In this document: positions 58,108 through 64,000 of the stretch, one piece after another
Numbering within the stretch: the stretch's first letter is position 1
How the letters are laid out: each line of letters starts with the position of its first letter
Assembly: GCA_902462295.1 (NCBI GenBank)
Contig: CABQAZ010000006.1
Location: 2,089 to 66,088, forward strand
DNA from: an uncultured Clostridium sp.
GTDB taxonomy: Bacteria > Bacillota > Clostridia > TANB77 > CAG-508
Length of the DNA: 64,000 bases
Direction: 5' to 3'
Notes under the pieces: model-generated
The model's input: only the letters and a program-made list of their open reading frames with translations
What the model was told of the DNA's origin: nothing
The model's database searches: none
Position numbers and translations under genes: made by a program

Positions 58108-58905
58108 ATGAATAAGAAAGAAACAATTTCTAATGAAAGAAAAAAATATTTAAAAAAGATAAAAATAAGAAAAATTGAAATATTAATGACACAAGTTTTT
58201 ATAATTATAGTATTTATATTATTGTGGGAAATGCTTGCAAGAAAAGGAATAATAGATAGTTTTATAGCTAGTCAACCATCTAGAATAGTAAAGACATTTA
58301 TGAATTTATCTTCAAATAATTTATTGGAACATTTAAAAATAACATGTGAAGAAACATTAATAGGATTTGGATTAGGAAGCATTGCTGGAGTTATAATTGC
58401 AATAATATTATGGTGGTCACCGTTTATTTCTAAAGTATCTGAACCTTTTTTAGTTGTTTTAAATAGTTTACCTAAAATTGCACTTGGTCCAGTAATTATA
58501 ATTTGGGTTGGTGCTGGAATGCCTGCAATAATTGTGATGGCATTGGCAATCTCATTAATAGTTACAATACTTGATATATTAAATGGATTTTTACATACAG
58601 ATAAAGAAAAAATAAAAATGGTAAGAACATTTAATGCAAGTAAAATTCAAGTATTAACCAAAATCGTAATTCCATCAAATATATCAACTTTTTTTAATAC
58701 ATTAAAAGTTAATATAGGACTTTCATTAGTAGGAGTAATATCTGGAGAGTTTTTAGTATCTAAAGGAGGATTAGGTTATCTAATAGTTTATGGAGGGCAA
58801 GTATTTCAATTAGATTTAGTTATGACTAGTGTTATTATTCTTGCTATTGTTGCAGCTCTTATGTATGAAACTATAGTTATATTAGAAAAGAAAATAGTAA
58901 AGTAA
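58108..58905 (+). CDS. ABC importer permease (NitT/TauT family)
   Basis: Six-TM BPD-transport pattern with an EAA-like loop (NASKIQVLTKIVIPS). Confidence 0.85.
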   Translation: MNKKETISNERKKYLKKIKIRKIEILMTQVFIIIVFILLWEMLARKGIIDSFIASQPSRIVKTFMNLSSNNLLEHLKITCEETLIGFGLGSIAGVIIAIILWWSPFISKVSEPFLVVLNSLPKIALGPVIIIWVGAGMPAIIVMALAISLIVTILDILNGFLHTDKEKIKMVRTFNASKIQVLTKIVIPSNISTFFNTLKVNIGLSLVGVISGEFLVSKGGLGYLIVYGGQVFQLDLVMTSVIILAIVAALMYETIVILEKKIVK

Positions 58906-58997
58906 AAGAGACACATTGTTGTCTCTTTATAAGTATTATTTATAAAAGTAACCTTTTAATAAATGTTTTCATAAAATAGACTAAAAGGAGGGAAAAT

Positions 58998-60020
58998 ATG
59001 AAAAAGATTGTAATTAGTATTTTAGTAGTTGTACTTATAGCTGTTATAATATTGGGAATATATTGTTTGACAAATAAAAATAAAGAAGAAAATGTTGGAT
59101 TGAAAACTATACAATTAAATGAAGTAACTCGTTCTGTGTTTTATGCACCACAATATGTAGCAATTTCAAATGGTTTCTTTGAGCAAGAAGGATTAAAATT
59201 GGACATTACAACAGGGCAAGGGGCAGACAAAGTTATGACTGCAATATTATCAGGTCAAAGTGATATAGGACTATGTGGACCAGAAGCAGCAATATATGTG
59301 TATAATGAAGGAAAAGAAGATTATGTTGAAGTATTTGCACAATTAACCAAAAAGGATGGTTCTTTTTTAGTAAGTAAAACACAAAATGATAATTTTTCAT
59401 GGCAGGATTTAAAAGGAAAAACTGTGATACCAGGAAGAAAAGGTGGGGTACCATATATGACATTGGAATATGTTTTAAAACAAAATGGGTTAAATCCACA
59501 AACAGACTTAATTTTAGATGATAGTATAAAATTTGACTTAATGGCAGGTGCTTTTTCAGGAGGAAATGCAGAATATGTAACATTATTTGAGCCTACAGCT
59601 TCAATGACACAAGATGCAGGAAAAGGTTATATTGTAGCTTCTGTTGGCGAATCTGCAGGAGAAGTACCGTATACTGCTTATTGTGCAAAGAAAAGTTATA
59701 TTAAAAATAATTCTGATATTATTGAAAAATTTACTAAAGCAACATATATGGGTGAACAATGGGTTAAAGAACATACTGCTAAAGAAATTGCAGAGAAAAT
59801 ACAAGAATTTTTTCCAGATACAACAATAGAGTCATTGGAAAATTCTGTTCAGAAATATAAAGACATAGATGCATGGAATGATAATCCGATTTTAAAAGAG
59901 TCAGCATTTAATAAATTACAAGAAATTATGTCAGAAGCGGGAGAACTTACTACAAAAGCACCATATGATAAAATTGTAAATAATTCATTTGCAGAAAAAG
60001 TTTCTAAAAGTGAGTCCTAA
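58998..60020 (+). CDS. ABC importer substrate-binding protein (NMT1/THI5-like)
   Basis: Signal anchor plus the SsuA/NMT1-type fold pattern (YAPQYVAISNGFFEQEGL). Confidence 0.75.
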   Translation: MKKIVISILVVVLIAVIILGIYCLTNKNKEENVGLKTIQLNEVTRSVFYAPQYVAISNGFFEQEGLKLDITTGQGADKVMTAILSGQSDIGLCGPEAAIYVYNEGKEDYVEVFAQLTKKDGSFLVSKTQNDNFSWQDLKGKTVIPGRKGGVPYMTLEYVLKQNGLNPQTDLILDDSIKFDLMAGAFSGGNAEYVTLFEPTASMTQDAGKGYIVASVGESAGEVPYTAYCAKKSYIKNNSDIIEKFTKATYMGEQWVKEHTAKEIAEKIQEFFPDTTIESLENSVQKYKDIDAWNDNPILKESAFNKLQEIMSEAGELTTKAPYDKIVNNSFAEKVSKSES

Positions 60021-60048
60021 TTTTAGGACTCTTATTACATATTAATGG

Positions 60049-60125
60049 TTTAAAATATAAGCTTTTTATTACATTCCTCAGCTTATTACAAAATTTAAGA
60101 AATTCTAGTAACGACTCTTCAAGAT
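60049..60125 (-). repeat. Internally deleted third copy of the MITE-like element
   Basis: TTAAAATATAAGCTTTTTATTACATTCCTCAGCTTATTACAAAATTTAAGAAATTCTA resembles the reverse complement of 18650-18710. Confidence 0.6.
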
Positions 60126-60203
60126 ATTTGACTATATTTCTTTACTTATCGTTTTTAAAATGATATAATAGTGCTATCAAATTATTAAAAGAAGAGGTAT
60201 AAG

Positions 60204-61514
60204 ATGAAAGAGATAGAACTAAGAAATGTAAAAGGATGTGCAGATTATTCACCAAGAGAACAATATATTAGAAATTATATATCAGACACACTAAAAAGAG
60301 TATTTGAAAAATATGGATTCAAACCATTACAAACACCAATATTATGTTATTATGATTTATTAGCTTTAAAATACGATGAAGAAAACGATATATTAAAAGA
60401 GGTATATAAAGTAACAGACCAAGGAAATAGAAACTTAGCATTAAGATATGACTTAACAGTACCATTTGCAAAATACATAGCTATAAATCAAAATACAAAA
60501 TTACCATTTAAAAGATATGAAATAGGAGAAGTATTTAGAAATGGACCTGTAAAACTAGGAAGAGATAGAGAGTTTATTCAATGTGATGTAGATAGTGTAG
60601 GAATAGAGGGACAATTAGTAGAAGCTGAATTTGTTGCTTTATATGTAGAAGCATATAAAGAATTAGGAATTGATATTATAATAAAATATAATAACAGAAA
60701 ATTCTTGTCAGGAATAATTATTGAAGCAGGTATTCCTGAAGAGCTAATAACAGAAACAATAACTATAATAGATAAGTTTGAAAAACTATCAAAACAAGAA
60801 CTAGAAAAAGAGTTTCAGAAAATTGGATTAAACAGTAAGCAAATGGAAAAACTATTTATATATTTAAATATGGATGCAAATCAACTTATAAATATTGAGG
60901 ATAAAAATGATGTATTGTCAGATGGAATAAAAGAACTTAATACATTAAAAAAATATATAGAAAAACTTGACTTGTTAAATTATGTTCAATTTTCACCATC
61001 ACTTGCAAGAGGTCAAGAATACTACACAGGAACTGTTTTTGAAGTATATGTCAAAGATGGAAGTATTACCTCAAGCATTGGAGGAGGAGGACGTTATGAT
61101 AAAATGATAACAGACTTCATAAAAAATGGTACAACATATCCAGCAGTAGGAGTTAGTTTTGGATTAAATGTCATTTATGAAATTTTAAGAAATAGAGAGG
61201 AATTTGCAGAAAAAGCATTAACAGATATTTATATTATTCCTATGGGGACAGAAATAGAATGTCTAAAAATAGCACAAGTATTAAGAAATGGTGGATACAA
61301 AGTTGAAGTTGAGATGAAAAATAGAAAAATGAAAAAAGCTTTAGAATATGCTAATACAGAACATATTCCATATGTGTTTATACTTGGCGAAGATGAGCTT
61401 GCAAATAATAGTATAGCATTAAAAAATATGAATGAAAAGACTCAAGTACAAATTCCTATTAATAATATTGTAGAAGAATTTAATAAAATACGAATGAAAA
61501 ACATTAATCAGTAA
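60204..61514 (+). CDS. hisS: Histidine--tRNA ligase
   Basis: Class II motifs (ALRYDLTVPFAKY, FRNGPVKLGRDREFIQCDVD, GGGGRYD) and an anticodon-binding domain. Confidence 0.8.
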   Translation: MKEIELRNVKGCADYSPREQYIRNYISDTLKRVFEKYGFKPLQTPILCYYDLLALKYDEENDILKEVYKVTDQGNRNLALRYDLTVPFAKYIAINQNTKLPFKRYEIGEVFRNGPVKLGRDREFIQCDVDSVGIEGQLVEAEFVALYVEAYKELGIDIIIKYNNRKFLSGIIIEAGIPEELITETITIIDKFEKLSKQELEKEFQKIGLNSKQMEKLFIYLNMDANQLINIEDKNDVLSDGIKELNTLKKYIEKLDLLNYVQFSPSLARGQEYYTGTVFEVYVKDGSITSSIGGGGRYDKMITDFIKNGTTYPAVGVSFGLNVIYEILRNREEFAEKALTDIYIIPMGTEIECLKIAQVLRNGGYKVEVEMKNRKMKKALEYANTEHIPYVFILGEDELANNSIALKNMNEKTQVQIPINNIVEEFNKIRMKNINQ

Positions 61515-61647
61515 CAATAAATTTTATATATTATTAAAAAAATGTAGACAATAAAAAGAGTATATGATACAATAACATCTAGTATTAAAAACTAGATGTT
61601 ATTTTTGAAATATTAATACATTTTGTTTGGGTTTAAGGAGGTATTTT

Positions 61648-62322
61648 ATGAAAAGAACAAAATTAGCAGATAGAATTTTACCAACATATACAAAAGGTGA
61701 AGAAATCTTTAATATGGTATCACACATTGTTGGGGGCGTTGCAGGAATTGTAACAATAGTATTGTGTAGTGTTTTGGGAGCAATCAGACATAATCCATAT
61801 GGGATTGTAAGTGGGGTGATTTTTGGTGTATCAATGTTATTTTTATATACAATGTCAAGCATATATCATGGGTTAAGTCCAAAACTAAAATCAAAAAAGG
61901 TTTTTCAAGTTTTAGATCATTGTGCTATTTTTGTATTAATTGCGGGTTCATATACACCATTTGCATTGTGTACATTAAGAGAATATAATACAGCATTAGG
62001 TTGGACTATATTTGGAATAATATGGGGATTTGCAATATTAGGTATTACATTAAATTCTATTGATTTAAAAAAATATAAAATATTTTCAATGATATGCTAT
62101 TTGGTAATGGGATGGTGTATTATAATAAAAGCAAATTTGTTACCCAATTTATTAGGTATGTCTGGATTTTTAATGTTATTATTTGGAGGTATTATATATA
62201 CAATAGGAGCAATTCTTTATGGCGTTGGAAAAAAATATAAATATATGCATTCTGTTTTTCATTTGTGTGTATTTTTAGGAAATATATTGCATGTTTTATG
62301 TATTTTTATATATGTTATATAA
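61648..62322 (+). CDS. Hemolysin III / PAQR family membrane protein
   Basis: Seven TM segments, with HxxG, SSIYH, LDHCAIF and HxFH motifs. Confidence 0.85.
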   Translation: MKRTKLADRILPTYTKGEEIFNMVSHIVGGVAGIVTIVLCSVLGAIRHNPYGIVSGVIFGVSMLFLYTMSSIYHGLSPKLKSKKVFQVLDHCAIFVLIAGSYTPFALCTLREYNTALGWTIFGIIWGFAILGITLNSIDLKKYKIFSMICYLVMGWCIIIKANLLPNLLGMSGFLMLLFGGIIYTIGAILYGVGKKYKYMHSVFHLCVFLGNILHVLCIFIYVI

Positions 62323-62327
62323 AAAAT

Positions 62328-62357
62328 AAGGCACTACCATTATGGTAATGCCTTTTG
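62328..62357. terminator. Bidirectional terminator
   Basis: AAGGCACTACCA, loop, TGGTAATGCCTT. Confidence 0.75.
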
Positions 62358-62382
62358 TTGACTTTTGCACTAAATTCAGCTG

Positions 62383-62919
62383 TTATAATACATTAATTGA
62401 TAATTTCAGCTCATTCGAAATTGTTTCTATGAACTGAAAATTTGTAGGCTTTCCTTTTGAATCAGATATTGCGTATCCAAATAACTTGTGTTGTTTTTCA
62501 GTGCTTCCATTTGTCCATGAAGACTCGATCGCATGTCTGATACTCCGTTCTACCCGACTTGGTGTTGAACCAAATTGTTTTGCAATCATCGGATATAATA
62601 CTTTTGTTACGCTTGTTACTTCTGGATTTTTGTACTTGTAACAAATTGCTGAAATAAGGTATTTATATCCGCCCAAGTGCTGTGGGACTCCAAGTTCCTT
62701 CAGACATTTAACAACAGCTTCTTCAACTGTAAGTGCTTCCTCCTGTTCAACTGTTTCCTCAAAACAGCGTTTAATGTTTCTGCTTGCATCCTTGAAATTT
62801 AACATTTTTTCATAGGACACATCTTGACCATTTGCGATTTCTTCAATAATCCGCTCGACTGTATCTACATATGCAAGAAAACAGTCATTTGTTTTGATTC
62901 TTTTGTTTCGACTCATCAT
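62383..62919 (-). CDS. Receiver-less Spo0A C-terminal (DNA-binding) domain protein
   Basis: GVPQHLGGYKYLISAICY...VTKVLYPMIAKQFGSTPSRVERSIRHAIESSW...LFGY...KPTNFQFI aligns with the Spo0A effector domain. The N-terminal 75 aa are unrelated to a receiver. Confidence 0.8.
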   Translation of the reverse strand: MMSRNKRIKTNDCFLAYVDTVERIIEEIANGQDVSYEKMLNFKDASRNIKRCFEETVEQEEALTVEEAVVKCLKELGVPQHLGGYKYLISAICYKYKNPEVTSVTKVLYPMIAKQFGSTPSRVERSIRHAIESSWTNGSTEKQHKLFGYAISDSKGKPTNFQFIETISNELKLSINVL

Positions 62920-63133
62920 ACGTCAACCTCCTAAATACTGTAAATTTTTACTGCTTTTTTATTATAGCACAAAATATTTTCGAATGTCAATAATTACCAA
63001 TACAAAAATTGTAAAAAATGGCAAATAAAGTAATTAAAAGTTACGCAAAATAATTTAAATCAGGCAAAAACTTCGACAAAATTCTCTCAAAAATCATATT
63101 ATATATAAATATTATGAAAGGAGGATTTGAAAT

Positions 63134-63712
63134 GTGAATTTAGAAAAGAAAAGAATAGGATTTGTAATGACAGGCTCATTTTGTACTTTTAGAAAGACAA
63201 TAGATGAGCTAAAAAAAATTGTTAAGATGAATACTGAAATTGTTCCAATAATGTCAGAGAACAGTTATACAATGGATACTAAATTTGGAAAATCAGAAGA
63301 TTTTATAAATGAAATCGAAAACATAACTGGAACTAAAGTTTTACACACAATTCAAGAAGTAGAACCATTAGGACCAAAGGATATGTTAGATATATTAGTG
63401 GTAGCACCAGCAACAGGTAATACCATAGCAAAACTTGCAAATGATATAATAGATGGACCTGCAACTATGGCAGTGAAATCTCATTTGAGAAGAGAAAAAC
63501 CTGTAGTTATTGCAATATCAACTAATAATGGACTTTCGGGTGCAGGGGAAAACATAGGAAGATTACTTAATAGAAAACATTATTATTTTGTTCCATTTAA
63601 ACAAGATAATCCAATTACTAAACCTCGTTCTATTGTATTTGATACATCTTATTTGATTAAAACTATAGAATATGCTTTAGATGGAGAACAGATTCAACCA
63701 ATTTTGTTATGA
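63134..63712 (+). CDS. dpaB: Dipicolinate synthase subunit B
   Basis: KRIGFVMTGSFCT...EPLGPK...VAPATGNTIAKLANDI...FVPFKQDNP...QIQPILL is collinear with SpoVFB. GTG start after AAGGAGG. Confidence 0.85.
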   Translation: MNLEKKRIGFVMTGSFCTFRKTIDELKKIVKMNTEIVPIMSENSYTMDTKFGKSEDFINEIENITGTKVLHTIQEVEPLGPKDMLDILVVAPATGNTIAKLANDIIDGPATMAVKSHLRREKPVVIAISTNNGLSGAGENIGRLLNRKHYYFVPFKQDNPITKPRSIVFDTSYLIKTIEYALDGEQIQPILL

Positions 63713-63724
63713 ATATGATAATTT

Positions 63725-63756
63725 AGCAAGTGACCAAAAGTATCACTTGCTTTTCT
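63725..63756. terminator. Bidirectional terminator
   Basis: AGCAAGTGA, loop, TCACTTGCT. Confidence 0.8.
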
Positions 63757-63760
63757 AATT

Positions 63761-64000
63761 TTATTTTTGTTTTCTATATTTAAATAGACATTTTTTCTTT
63801 ATAAATTTACTAAATTCTTCGGCAGTACCAATTTCAAAACATTTTTTATTAACAAGCATTGCATAATCAGGTGTTAAATATAAATAAAAATAGTCTTTAG
63901 TTTCAAAAATCTTGTATAATTTAAAATAGTAAATAGGTTTTTTATCTATTAAAAAATATAAATCGTAAAATGAAAATACAAATCCTGTTTCTTTGAATTT
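63761..64000 (-). CDS. 3' end of an unidentified gene (start beyond the window)
   Basis: The reverse strand is open from the window edge to the stop at 63761-63763 (...DYAMLVNKKCFEIGTAEEFSKFIKKKCLFKYRKQK*). Confidence 0.5.
   Translation of the reverse strand, partial: KFKETGFVFSFYDLYFLIDKKPIYYFKLYKIFETKDYFYLYLTPDYAMLVNKKCFEIGTAEEFSKFIKKKCLFKYRKQK

Noticed and set aside
59601-59829. Short ORFs on both strands inside the binding-protein gene.
   Set aside because: Out-of-frame or antisense to a well-supported gene, with no RBS.

Overview
Visibly AT-rich chromosomal segment of an endospore-forming Firmicute, Clostridia-like in gene content (split sigK, dpaB, a Spo0A-type DNA-binding domain, CIRCE operators at clpB and htpG). 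The housekeeping backbone is pfkA, a TetR regulator with a heterodimeric ABC exporter, MscS, an acyl-CoA ligase, clpB, tyrS, tandem mgtE, htpG, hisS and a NitT/TauT-type ABC importer. Several rearrangement-type features interrupt it. (1) At the left edge, a 449-bp invertible cassette with perfect 25-bp inverted repeats carries a consensus promoter, RBS, start codon and signal-peptide codons. It is currently uncoupled from a long Cys-rich secreted-protein ORF, consistent with a phase-variation switch in the OFF state. (2) sigK is split by a 9.9-kb skin-like element. The element ends with a large serine recombinase gene and carries a CsoR/CopZ/CopA copper module, two decayed genes and a PadR module bracketed by 142-bp inverted MITE-like repeats. 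(3) About 7 kb further on, a gene for an M14 gamma-D-glutamyl-diamino-acid endopeptidase-type peptidase is split in the same manner by a second, unrelated 8.2-kb recombinase element. Its cargo is an ATPase, a decayed IS and a helicase with five tandem HA-like repeats. (4) A 4.6-kb block sits between the ATPase and the permease/binding-protein genes of an ABC importer. It holds a knuckle-less MetRS paralogue, a NUDIX hydrolase, a radical SAM/SPASM enzyme and an untracked 35-aa Lys-rich peptide ending in CRMCG, which makes it a RiPP-like candidate. Other oddities: a MerR-HTH fused to a T4 coupling-protein-like ATPase; a GC-rich 41-bp repeat present 3x between a response regulator and its kinase and once in frame inside the kinase; and a receiver-less Spo0A C-domain paralogue next to an orphan dpaB. 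No rRNA, tRNA or CRISPR array was recognised. All calls come from reading the sequence and the ORF track; no searches were run.
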